Shown: one piece after another, positions 24,851-36,928 of the stretch | Numbering within the stretch: the stretch's first letter is position 1 | Layout: each line of letters opens with the position of its first letter | Source: Octopus sinensis | Lineage: Eukaryota | Direction: 5' to 3' | Assembly: GCF_006345805.1 (NCBI RefSeq) | Contig: NC_042997.1 | Location: 171,306,001 to 171,370,000, forward strand | Length of the DNA: 64,000 nt | Position numbers and translations under genes: made by a program | The notes under the pieces: generated by a model | What the model was told of the DNA's origin: nothing | What the model saw: only the letters and a program-made list of their open reading frames with translations | Databases searched by the model: none

Positions 24851-25030
24851 CATATTTTCTTGGGTTTTACGAAGCCTCATATTCTTGTTAATTGCTCGAA
24901 ATCTTTCTTTATGTTACTTGTTTTGTTTTCCATTTATTTCTCTCATTTGCATACCCAAGTTTGCCTTCGTATTTCATGCTGTTTATGCTTTGTGACGTCC
25001 TGTACCCATATATGCATATATATATATATA

Positions 25031-28000
25031 TCACCATCATCATCATCATGATTTAGCGTCCGTTTTCCATGCTAGCATGGGTTGGACGGTTCAACTGGGG
25101 TCTGGGGAGCCCGAAGGCTGCACCAGGCCAGTCAGATCTGGCAGTGTTTCTACAGCTGGATGCCCTTCCTAACGCCAACCACTCCGAGAGAGTGTAGTGG
25201 GTGATTTTATGTGCCACCGACACAGATGCCAGACGAGGCTGGCGAACGGCCACGCTCGGATGGTGTTTTTATGTGCCACCGACACAGGTGCCAGACGAGG
25301 CTGGCAGACGGCCACGCTCGGATGGTGTTTTTATGTGCCACCGACACAGGTGCCAGATGAGGCTGGCGGACGGCCACGATCGGATGGTGTTTGTTACGTC
25401 CCCAAAGCACGGAGGCCAGCCTATGCGGTACTGGCTACGGCACGTTCGGATGATTTTCTTGTGTGCCACCGGCACTGGTACCACAAAGATACAAATTCCA
25501 TTGATGTTCATCTATTTTGATTTGTTTTGATTTGATTTTCACTTGCCTCAACAGGTCTTCACAAGTGTCACAAGAAGGAAGGTATGCACAGGTGGACTGA
25601 CTACGTCCCAGGTAGGGGCCACGGGTTATGGCCTGACTAGTCTTGCCGGGTCTTCGGATGGTGTTTTTATGTGCCACCGACACAGGTGCCAGATGAGGCT
25701 GGCGAACGGCCACGATCGGATGGTGTTTGTTACGTGCCCACAGCACGGAGGCCAGTCGATGCGGTACTGGCTACGGCCACGTTCGGATGATTTTCTTGTG
25801 TGCCACCGGCACTGGTACCACAAAGATACAAATTCCATTGATGTTCATCTATTTTGATTTGATTTGATTTGATTTTCACTTGCCTCAACAGGTCTTCACA
25901 AGTGTCACAGGAAGGAAGGAAGGTATGCACAGGGGACTGACTACGTCCCAAGTAGGGGCCACGGGTTATGGCCTGACTAGTCTTGCCGGGTCTTCGGTTG
26001 GTGTTTTTATGTGCCACCGACACAGGTGCCAGATGAGGCTGGCGAACGGCCATGATCGGATGGTGTTTGTTATGTGCCCACGTCACAGAGGCCAGTCGAT
26101 GCGGTACTGGCTACGGCCACGTTCGGATGGTTTTCTTGTGTGCCAACGGTACTGGTACCACAAAGATACAAATTCCATTGATGTTCATCTATTTTGATTT
26201 GGTTTGATTTGATTTGATTTAATTTTCACTTGCCTCAACAGGTCTACACAAGTGTCACACACTTGCCTCAACAGGTCTTCACAAGTGTCATAAGTAGGAA
26301 GGTATGCACAGGTGGACTGACTACGTCGCCGGGTCTTCGGATGGTGTTTTTATGTGCCACCGACACAGGTGCCAGATGAGGCTGGCGAACGGCCACGATC
26401 AGATGGTGTTTGTTGTGCCCACAGCACGGAGGCCAGTCGATGCGGTACTGGCTACGGCCACGTTCGGATGGTTTTCTTGTGTGCCACCGGTACTGGAACC
26501 ACGAAGATACAAATTCCATTGATGTTCATCTATTTTGATTTGGTTTGATTTGATTTTCACTTGCCTCAACAGGTCTTCACAAGTTTCACACACTTGCCTC
26601 AACAGGTCTCCACAAGTGTCACACACTTGCCTCTGCCTCAACAGGTCTTCACAAGTGTCACACACTTGCCTCAACAGGTCTTCACAAGTGTCATAAGAGG
26701 AAAGGTATGCACAGGTGGACTGACTACGTCGCCGGGTCTTCGGATGGTGCCTTTATGTGCCACCGACACAGGTGCCAGATGAGGCTGGCGAACGGCCACG
26801 ATCGGATGGTGTTTGTTGTGCCCACAGCACGGAGGCCAGTTGATGCGGTACTGGCTACGGCCACGTTTGGGTGGTTTTCTTGTGTGCCACCGGCACTGGT
26901 ACCACAAAGAATACAATTCCACTGATGTTCATCTATTTTGATTTGTTTTGATTTGATTTTCACTTGCCTCAACAGGTCTTCATAAGTGTCACAAGAAGGA
27001 AGGTATGCACAGGAGGACTGACTATGTCCCAGGTAGGGGCCACGGGTTATGGCCTGACTAGTCTTGCCGGGTCTTCTCACGCACAGCATACTTCCATAGG
27101 TCTCGGTCTCTAGACATTTCCTTAGTGAGACCTAAAGTTCGAAGGTCGTGCTTCACCACCTCGTCCCAGGTTTTCCTGGGTCTACCTCTTCCACAGGTTC
27201 CCTCAACTGCTAGGGTGTAGCACTTTTGCACACAACTATCTTCAGCCATTCTCATCACATGACCATACCAGCGCAAACGTCTCTCTTGCACACCACAACT
27301 GACGCTTCTTAGGTTCAACTTTTCTCTCAAGGAACTTACACTCTGACGATTATGAACACTGACATTACACATCCATCGGAGCATACTGGCTTCATTTCTT
27401 GCGAGCTTACGCATATCCTCAGCAGTCACGGCCCATGTTTCACTACCATGTAGCATGGCTGTACGTACACATGCATCATACAGTCTGCCTTTTACTCTGA
27501 GCGAGAGGCCTTTTGTCACCAGCAGGGGTAAGAGCTCTCTAAACTTTGCCCAGGCTATTCTTACTCTAGCAGTTACACTTTCAGCACACCCGCCCCCGCT
27601 ACTGACTTGGTCTCCTAGGTAGCGGAAGCTATCAACTACTTCTAGTTTGTCTCCCTGGAACGTGGCAGAAGTTGGTCTCTGCACATTTCCAGTGTTTATT
27701 GCTCCTGAGCATTTGCCACAGACAAAAAACTATTTTCCTAGTTAGCCTTCCTTTGACATTGCTGCACCTCTTATGTGTCCATAGCTTACACTTGGTGCAT
27801 CTTATAGAGTTTCTACCTACACCTTTTTTACAGATCGAGCAGGGCCATCTACCTGAAGGCGTATGTGATTGATCTACCTTCCTACTTATTAGGACTTTGG
27901 TTTTGGCTAGGTTGATTCTAAGGCCCTTCGATTCTAATCCTTGTTTCCACACCTGAAACTTCTCCTCCAGTTCTGATAGTGACTCAGCAATTAGAGCAAG

Positions 28001-28033
28001 GTCATCAGCATAGAGGAGCTCCCAGGGGCAACC
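25031..28033 (-). mobile_element. 5'-truncated RTE LINE with ~2-kb tandemly amplified 3' region
   Basis: Coding part 27058-28033; five ~340-bp units and ~59-bp subrepeats in 25200-27060; (GAT)n tail near 25035-25050. Confidence 0.92.
27058..28033 (-). pseudogene. RTE ORF2 C-terminal part: RT YADD motif, PHD-type finger, C-terminal domain; one +1 frameshift
   Basis: ELLYADDLALIAES (YADD at 28001-28012); CSIC..CTKC..HKRC../CGKC; frameshift in the A6 run at 27724-27729; ...GRPRKTWDEVV...EKTRQD*. Confidence 0.9.
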
Positions 28034-29282
28034 ATATATATATATGTAAGTATGTACATATATGTATGTATATATGCATATATATATTTTTTATTTATAT
28101 CATTATATGTATATATATATATATGTATGTAGATAGACCACCCCTTACACAGGTACCCTCAACAATTAGAGCTCAGCATTCTTTTACACAGCAGTCCTCA
28201 TCCATGCGCACACTTCTTTATACACATGGATGAGCACAGCTGGTCCTCGTCCATATACATATATATGTATGGTGATGCAAACAGGAAAAATAGAGCTCAA
28301 AATATGAATATATGTCTATTTTTATTAAAGCGTGGCCGTTGCCAGCTTCGCCTGACCTCCGTGCCGGTGGCACGTAAAAAGCACCATCCGACTGTGGCCG
28401 TTTGCCAGACTTCTCTGGCACCTGTGCAGGTGGCACATAAAAAGCACCCACTACACTCATGGAGTGGTTGGCGTTAGGAAGGGCATCCAGCGGTAGAAAC
28501 ATTGCCAGATCAGACTGGGCCTGGTGCAGCCTTCTGGCTTCCCAGACCCCAGTTGCACCAGACCCCAGTCCAACCCATGCCAGCATGGAAAACGGACGTT
28601 AAATGATGATGATGATGATGATGATTCAACAAAGGTAACAGAGCAACTGAAAGTCCGTGAATTTTATGTTGGCACTTGTGCCAATGTATGAAACTCTCAG
28701 ACCTTAAGTCATACAGCAGAAATCCTTGTTTTACTGGCTATACATGTGTAAATCAACTAATATCTGCAGAATTCATTATCATCACTATTGTTTAACGTCC
28801 ATTTCCTTGCTGGCATGGGTTGGACGGTTTGATTGAGGTCTGGAAAGCCAGTGGCTGCACCAGGCTCCAGTCTGATCTGGCAGTGTTTCTGCAGCTGGAT
28901 GTCCTTCCTAACACTAACCACTCTGAGAGTGTAGAGGGTGCTTTTTACGTGCCACTGGCACAGGAGTCAGTCAGGCAGGCTTGGCATCGATCACCTTTGG
29001 AGTGCTTTTTTATGTGCTACTGGCATGGAAGCCAGTCAGAGGGCTCTGGCATTGGCCATGTTCGGATGGTTCTTTTTATGTACCACTGGCACGGGAGACT
29101 TTAATCCACTGCCTGCAAACTCACTCACCTGAAGACGTACAGGTACACAGCTATTGTTGATTCATATTAATGGAATAATGTGCATAATATCTTGAACACT
29201 CAGCAATTACCAGAGACATTTGTAGTGATTTGGCTTAAAGCCTGTTCATTCTATCATCTTGTATCCTAATTATATATACATA

Positions 29283-30141
29283 CAGGGTGCAATGGGTAAA
29301 TTGTTGCCATTTTATATTTTCAATCTCGAGCATGTGCATTTTTTATCTTTAATTTTGCCGACAACACAGTATAGTAGAGTCGGTTGGGCACTATCTGTGA
29401 GAAAAACAGCACCATGACATAATTCACTCTGCCAGAAATTTGGAAATGACATGCTTTACTGCTTCGCATTTGTGTCAGAAGCTCCAATTCAAACATTTCA
29501 GAGTGTTGAGTGTCAATCTGAGTGACCAGAACATGTACTGAGACTGATAAAAATCAAACAACCAGTCAACATCATGCTGTTAGGTGTGATCACTAGTGAT
29601 GGCAACGTTATGCCTCCATTCATCTTCCCACACAGCCTCAGACTCAACACGTAGGCCTACAACAAGTGCCTGGAGGAAGTAGTGCTGCCCTGGGTCAAAA
29701 GGGTGACTGCTGGAAGACACTATGACTGGCAACAGGACCATGCACCATGTCACACAAGCAGGAGAACCCAGTCATGGATGTCACACTATTTCTACAACTA
29801 CATCGCCCTTAACATCTGGTCACCTAATTCCCCAGACTGCCACCTTCTTGATTATTATGTGTGCAGTGCAGTTGAGCGAGAGATCAACGAAACTCCTTAT
29901 AACACCAATGATGAACTGAAGGCAAAGATTATGACAGCATTCACCAACTTAAACAAAGAGACCATCCAGAACAGTTGCAGGAGATTCCAAAGTCATCTGG
30001 AGGCTGTCAATGGCAATTTTATTGACTAAATTTTCTCTTTAGTATTTCAAGATATTCTTATGTAATTTTGGTAAATATATCTGTTAAAATGAGATTGTCA
30101 TTTTTGTGTAATTTAGAAAAAACTTCATTCACCACACCCAG
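29283..30141 (+). mobile_element. Deleted DD37D (maT-type) Tc1/mariner element
   Basis: QQDHAPCH...WSPNSPDCHLLDY has 37 residues between the second and third D; ends TA-CAGGGTG and CACCCAG-TA (only a short TIR match). Confidence 0.85.
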
Positions 30142-30160
30142 TATATATATATATATATAT

Positions 30161-30557
30161 TCTTTTATTCTTTTATTTGTTTCAGTCATTTGACTGCAGC
30201 CATGCTGGAGCACCACCTTGAAGGAATTTAGTTGGACAAATCGACCCAGGACTAATTTTTTTAAAGCTTAGTACTTATTCTATCGATATCTTTTGTTGAA
30301 CTGCTAAGTTACAAGGATGTAAACACAGCAACACTAGGTATCAAGCGATGATGGGGAGACAAACACAGACCCAAAGACACACATACATACATATGATGGG
30401 CTTCTTTCAGTTTCCATCTACCAAATCCACTTACAAGGCTTTGGTCAACCTGAGGCTATAGTAGAAGGCACGTGCCCAAGATGCTATGCAGTGGGACTGA
30501 ACCTGGAACCACGTGGTTGGGAAGCAAGCTTCTTACCACACAGCCATGCCTGCACCT
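30161..30557 (-). mobile_element. tRNA-derived SINE family C, near full length
   Basis: Reverse complement of the 17986-18405 family. Confidence 0.85.
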
Positions 30558-30829
30558 ATATTCATGTATATATAGTAAGTCAGTAGAGTATAATTTGAGG
30601 GAGATTCGGTTGCTGTTTCTCCAAGGGTGAGCAACTGTGAGGCTCCCTCAGTAGCTCATTTTAATTCATATTTTCCCAGTAGTTATTGAATTGCAGACAT
30701 TTAAACAAAATAAACATCAGGCCTATCGTTCTATCCTCACCAGACTGGTAGGACCGGCAATGTATGCTTAAGCCTCTCATTTTCCCCCTCCATCCCTCTC
30801 CTCCTCCTTCTTTGTCTTCTGCTTTCATT

Positions 30830-31400
30830 CTTCTTTGCTTCTTTTTCAATCTTCTTTCAATCTCCTTTTAATCTTCTCTCTATCTTCTTCCGTTCTTCTT
30901 CTTCTTCTTTCATTCTTCTTCTTCTTCTTCTTCTTCTTCTTTCATTCTTCTTCTTCTTCTTCTTCTTTTTTCATTCTTCTTCTTTTTATTCTTCTTCTTT
31001 TTCTCCTCCTCCTCCTTCTTCTTCTTCTTCTTTTTCTTCTTCTTCTTCTTCTTCTCATCCTCCCCCTCCCCTTCTTCTTCTTCTTCTTCTTCTTTCATTC
31101 TTTCTTCTTCTTCTTCTTTCATTCTTTCTTCTTCTTTCATTCTTTCTTCTTCTTTCATTCTTTCTTCTTCTTTCATTCTTTCTTCTTCTTTTTCTTCTTC
31201 TTTCATTCTTCTTTCATTCTTCTTCTTCTTTTTCTTCTTTTTCTCCTCCTCCCCTTCTTCTTCTTCTTCTTCTTCTCCTCCTCCCCTTCTTCTTCTTCTT
31301 CTTCTTCTTCTTCTTCTTCTTTCTTCTTTCTTCTTTCTTTCATTCTTCTTTCTTCTTTCTTCCTTCCGTCTTCTCTTCTTTCATCCTTCTTTCGTTCATT
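30830..31400. repeat. Long imperfect (TTC)n/(CCT)n polypyrimidine tract
   Basis: Direct inspection. Confidence 0.95.
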
Positions 31401-32699
31401 CAATCTGACACTCGAGTCCAATTAAACAACAGACGAAAAGCATTAAAATTTCCCCCTTTCATGTTGCAATGTTTTTTTTTTATTCACATATCAGTTTTTA
31501 TACCTATGCACATGCTGATCACACACACGCACACACACGCACACACACAAACACACACACACACACACACACACACGTATACATGCTCATGCATTCATGC
31601 ATATATATATATATATAAAACAATCTAAGACTTAGGGAGATACCTCAGTAAAAGAGAAGAAAATTGATTTTCACAGAGGAGTTTTTCTCACCGAAGCAAG
31701 AGTTGTATGTAAAGTGCATATGGTAGTCTGTGTAACGGAAGCACAATTATCTGTGACTGAAGAGAAAATTATCGTTTTATAAGCCAGACTGACATACAGT
31801 AAGGACTAGATGGAATAGGGTGGGAGTCATTGTTTTACTATAGATATTTGTAAGTATAATGGATATTTAAGCTCAACATGTTGAAGAAATAGAGAGAAAG
31901 AAGAAGGGGAAATATAGAGGAGGGAGATAGAGATAGAGATAGAGAGAGAGACAGACAGAGATAGAGGAAAAGGAAAAGGAAAGATCTATGGTTGTTTTGT
32001 ACAAGAAGCATGTCAAAGAGGAAGCGGGAGAGAAGAGTAATGTGTGAGCGAGGGAGAGGGAGGAGAGATGGAGAGTCAGACAAAAGGAAGTCAAGATTAA
32101 AGCTTTCAGTGTTTTTATTATACTTTGAAAATTTGATATCAGTATTAAGATAAATAAATAATTCCTGTTGAGATTATGGCATCAATGAAGTAAAACTAAA
32201 TAAAACAAGATTACGAGACATGAAAGAGTACACAAACACACACACACATGCGTGCGTGCACACATATGCACAATTATCACACTTAAGTTTAGAAGGTAAT
32301 TACAGCACATTTCTTGTATATTTTTCTAAAAGTAACAATGTTTATTTTCCAGTTGCTTCTTTCAAGTAAACAAATGAGCAGTGGGATAGCTAGAGTGTGT
32401 GCCTCTCAGAGCAGCACTTGAGTATTTTCCCTACCCACAACTGTGCCCATATAGCCTATACAGGCTTAGACAGCAGGCCTAAAAGTATTGCTTGAGGTGA
32501 AAGACCTTTGCTCCACAACTATATATAAGCTTTACAGGAGTGGCTGTGTGGTAAGTAGTTTGCTTACTAACCACATGGTTCTGAGTTCAGTTCTACTGTG
32601 TGGCACGGTGGGTAAGTGTCTTCTACTATAGCCTTGGGCTCTGTGAGTGGATTTGGTATACAGAAACTGAAAGAAGCCTGTAATATATATATATATATA

Positions 32700-32908
32700 C
32701 ATATATATACCAGAGTAAGCACATAAATGCAAAACAAGGTGGAAAAAATGAAACTGGAATACCAGAGGTAGAGTAATATGCTTTATTGAAAAGCACCAGA
32801 AATATTACAAAAACTGTTACTCAGAGTTTCATGTTCCCGTTCGTCAGACAGTTTATCTCTCTCTCTCTCCTCTACATTTTCCCTCTTCTTTCTCTCTATT
32901 TCTTCAAC
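32700..32908 (-). mobile_element. PLE-type 3' tail with hammerhead, ending at (TA)n
   Basis: Hammerhead at 32811-32854, AATAAA (plus-strand tttatt near 32782), junction to the TA repeat near 32700. Confidence 0.7.
32811..32854 (-). ncRNA. Minimal type I hammerhead ribozyme, intact core and weakened stem II
   Basis: AAACUGU-CUGACGA-ACG[GGAA]CAU-GAAAC-UCUGA-GUA-ACAGUUU: 7-bp stem I, near-palindromic stem III, GUA triplet. Confidence 0.82.
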
Positions 32909-33113
32909 ATATTTGGTACTACCTCCGAGATCTGCACCCGCAGTTGGCTTCACCTGGGCTCGTGCTCGCAGCTTGCATGCATGCCGCGGCGCCCTCCTAC
33001 TTGACCGGGCATCAGAAAGTCGCCTCGCCGGCAATCGCGCAACCTGTTGCCTGGCCGGTCCAGCATCGGTTGCTCGCTCCAGCGCCATTCACTTTCGGGG
33101 CCAGTCGATTCGG
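32909..33113 (-). rRNA. Isolated ~205-nt 28S (LSU) rRNA fragment, not a functional gene
   Basis: Minus strand ccgaatcgactggccccgaaagtgaatggcgctggagcg ... gtaggagggc ... ggtgcagatctcggaggtagtaccaaatat matches the conserved eukaryotic LSU motifs CCGAATCAACTAGCCCTGAAAATGGATGGCGCT and GGTGCAGATCTTGGTGGTAGTAGCAAATAT; GC-rich island. Confidence 0.88.
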
Positions 33114-33339
33114 TACACTGCACATGTAGTTCAAGAAACAAACTTTAGTGCACATTGTGTCAAATTAAATCTGCTTGAATATCATGCAGGGCTATGTGGT
33201 TAAGAAACTTGTGGCCTTGTGGTTAAGAAACCAGTATGGCCACAGTCTAATGACTGAAACAAGTAAAAGATGAAAATAGAAAAATTAAACCAGATACAAG
33301 ATTCATGATGTGTGTGGGTGGGTGTGTAATTTCAGTCAT

Positions 33340-33700
33340 TTTAATCTTCTTTCATTCTTCTTCTTCTTCTTCTTCTTCTTTCTTCTTCTTCTTCTTCTTC
33401 TTCTTCTCCTCCTTCTTCTTCTTCTCCTCCCCCTCCTTCCCCTTCCCCTTTTCTTCTTGAACTTGTTCTTGTTTTTGTTCTTCTTCTTCTCCTTCTCCCT
33501 TTTCTCCTCCTCCTCCTTCTCCCTTTTTTCTTCTTCTTCTTCTTCTTCTCCTCCTCCTCCTCGTTCTTCCCTCCTCCTCCTTCGCCTCCCCCCTTCTTCT
33601 TCTTCTTCTTTTTCTTCTTCTCCTCTTCCTCCGCTTCCTCCGCTTCCTCCTCTTCTTCTTCTTCTTCTTCTTCTTCTTCTTCTTCCTCCTCCTCCTCCTT
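33340..33700. repeat. (TTC)n/(CCT)n polypyrimidine tract
   Basis: Direct inspection. Confidence 0.95.
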
Positions 33701-34019
33701 TGAATTTGCTGCAGAAAGTGGTCTATGTTTGTGGTGATGGGGAATGGTGGTGGTGGTGGTGGTAGGGAGTGCTAGGAGTGCTCAAAGCCATTACCAGCTC
33801 TTCATGACTGATGAGGTTCATGCAGGTAATGTTTAACTCGAACATCTATAAATTGATGATGCCTGCAGGAAAGAAATATGTGAACAAAGAAAAGGAAAAA
33901 CTCTTTTAGATGTGGGGAGGTCGAAGTGTCAGGAGGATGTTGTGAGGATGTGACAGGAAGAGGAAAGACAGATGGAGCTAGCGGTGCACAACTTTCTAGT
34001 TCAGGAGAATAGTAAGTTT

Positions 34020-34510
34020 TATATATTTCTTTACTACCTACAAAGGGCTAAACACAGAAGGGACAAACAAGGACAGACAAATGAATTAAGTTGATTATAT
34101 CGACCCCAGTGTATAGGGTGGCGAGCTGGCAGAAACGTAAGCACGCCGGGCGAAATGCTTAGCGGTATTTCGTCTGTCATTACCTTCTGAGTTCAAATTC
34201 CGCCGAGGTCAACTTTGCCTTTCATCCTTTCGGGGTTGATAAATAAAGTACCAGTTTCGCACTGGGGTCGATGTAATTGACTTAATCCCTTTGTCTGTCC
34301 TTGTTTGTCCCCTCTATGTTTAGCCCCCTGTGGGTAGTAAAGAAATATATATCGACCCCAGTGTGTAACTGGTACTTATTTGATCGACCCCGAAAGTATG
34401 GAAGGCAAACCTCAACCTCGGCGGAACTTGAACTCAGAATGTAGCGGCAGACGAAATACTGCTGAACATTTCGCCCGGCATGCTAACGTTTCTGCTAGCT
34501 CGCCGCCCTT
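34020..34510. mobile_element. Cluster of SINE family A copies (plus-strand 34116-34348 nested among minus-strand pieces)
   Basis: ggcgagctggcagaaacgtaagcacgccgggcgaaatgcttagcgg head; atatcgaccccagtgt duplicated on both sides of the plus-strand copy. Confidence 0.8.
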
Positions 34511-36405
34511 ATGGAGAATAGTAAGTTTTATAGTAATGGTAGAAGAGACAAAGGCAAGGATCAGTCTGTTGGGGCTGGAGGTTTATGAATCTATGGTCAG
34601 TCTTTCCTTTGCCTTGATGTTGTTTATCCCCAGGCCAGCTTTTATCTAAGAAATTTATTGCCAAAAATGTTCCATCTGCGACTATCATATCTTTTATTAT
34701 AATACACTATATCCAGAGCTACATTACTCATTTTCTCCCATTTTTTGTTTGTTTTTGTAATCTAATAGGGATGATTAAGGTGGTGAGCTGAGAGAGTCGT
34801 TAGTATACTCTTTACTCTTTTACTCTTTTATTTGTTTCAGTCATGTGACTGTAGCCATGCTGGAGCACCGCCTTTGGTCGAGCAAATTGACCCCAGGACT
34901 TATTCTTTGTAAGCCTGGTACTTGTTCTATTGGTCTCTTTTGCCAAACTGCTAAATTACGGGAATGTAAACACACCAGCATCAGTTGTCAAGCGATGTTG
35001 GGGGGACAAACACAGACCCGGTGCCGGTGACATGTAAAAAGCACCATCCGAATGTGGCAGATGCCAGCGCCGCCTGACTGGTGTCTGTGTTGGGGACATG
35101 TAAAAGCACCAACTGATTGTGGCCGTTTGCTAGCTTCCACTAGCCCCTGTGCCGGTGGCACATAAAAAACACTCACTGAGTGGTTGGCATTAAGAAGGGC
35201 ATCCATCTGTAGAAACACTGCCAGATCAGACTGGAGCTTGGTGCAGCCTCCTGGCTTCCCAGACCCTGGTCAAACCGCCCAACTCATGCTAGCATGGAAA
35301 ACGAACGTTAAACGATGATGATGATGATGATACACACACATATATATATATATATATATAAGACGGGCTTCTTTCAGTTTCTGTCTACCAAATCCACTCA
35401 CGAGGCTTTGGTCGGCCCGAGGTTATAGCAGAAAACACTTGCTCAAGGTGCCACACAGTTGGACTGAACCCAGTACCATGTGGTTGGTAAGCAAGCTACT
35501 TACCACGCAACCACTCCTATGCCTGCCTAGTGACATTTCATCTGTCTTCACATTCTGAGTTCAAATTCTGCTGTGGCTGACTTTGCTCTTCATCTTTTGG
35601 GGACAATAAAATAAATACCAACTGAGCACTGGGGTCAGTGTAAGACTTACCCCTTGCAACTGCTGGCTCTGTACCAACATTTGAAACCAGTATAATGTGA
35701 ATGATTTAGAATTGATTGCTATTTTTATCAGGCTGAATGATCATACATAGACATTACTCTTAGCTTGTTTTAGCCTTATATTATGGTGTAAGTGAGTTAA
35801 TGCAGCTTAGAATCTTTGTGACAGGAGCAGCTGTGTTCTGAATAAAATATATGAACTCTTCTTTATCCTATAACAATGATAGCTACTAATTTCTCTGTTA
35901 GAAAGGAAATAGCATGTTGATAGCAATAAATTGATCCTATCTAGATAGAGAGAATAAATATACAAGCACAAAAATAACAAACAACAAATATTATCATAAA
36001 AAAGATAGCATCAGTTTTCTATAAGTAATTTTTAGAAAGAATTTTGGAATTTATTTCATATATGTTTGTGTGCAAGCACAAGCATGGCTTTGTGGTAAGA
36101 AGTTTGCTTCCCAACCACATGGTTCCAGGTTCATTCCTACTGTGTGGCACCTTGTGCATGGGTCTTCTATTATGTCCTTGAGCTGGCCAAGCATTGTGAA
36201 TTTGGTAGATGGAAACTGAAAGAAGCTTGTCATGTATATATTTTTATGGTTATATTGTGTTAAGAACATAGCGTACAGTATAAAGCTTGTCTACCTTCAG
36301 AGTTCACACTGTGCTATCCAGTAGTAAGTATTATACGTACTTTTAGATATGTATTTGGGCTTCTGTCCAAACGTACTCCTTCTTGTTGACTCCATCTTAT
36401 TCAAT

Positions 36406-36433
<28 letters not shown>

Positions 36434-36436
<3 letters not shown>

Positions 36437-36763
36437 TATAACTTAGGGTATCTACAAGACACCATCATGCTGAAAATAGCAGCCAGGATCTGACTCTAAA
36501 ATCACATTAAGTGTTCATTTAGCACAAAGAGAGAAGACAAAAAGACAAAATAAAAGTAGTAAAAAATTACTGGATAATTCCAGATCTTGGATTTCTGACT
36601 TTGCATTTAGAAATGCTTTTTTACTAGTAATTTTTTACTAGTTTTATTTAGTCTTTTTGTCTTCTCTCTTTGTACTATATGAACACTTAATGTGGTTTTA
36701 GAATCAGATCCTGGCTGCTATTTTCAGCATGGTGGTATCTCGTAGATACCCTAAGTTATAATT
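36434..36763. repeat. Inverted repeat, ~138-bp arms and ~50-bp spacer, next to (TA)n
   Basis: aattataacttagggtatct...aaaaaattactg versus ctagtaattttttac...agataccctaagttataatt. Confidence 0.9.
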
Positions 36764-36850
36764 TTAATAATAATTATTACCTTTGAAGGTTTTTATTTCC
36801 ATGCTGGCTACTTGATAAGATCATTATTTAACTTAAATTAACGATCTTAT

Positions 36851-36887
<37 letters not shown>

Positions 36888-36928
36888 GAAAATAGGTTTC
36901 AAAGAAAAAAGACCCCACATGGTATAAA

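Noticed and set aside
25197-27089. Many overlapping 60-120 aa ORFs and a CRISPR-like repeat periodicity
   Set aside because: Tandem copies of an RTE 3' end with no unique spacers; eukaryotic context and no cas genes
30835-31425. Poly-E/K and poly-F/L/S ORFs (also 33310-33765, 16886-17203, 56811-57173, 59263-59548)
   Set aside because: Trinucleotide repeats with no splice signals or domain content
32783-33203. GC-rich ORFs of 61-101 aa
   Set aside because: Shadow frames over the 28S rRNA fragment
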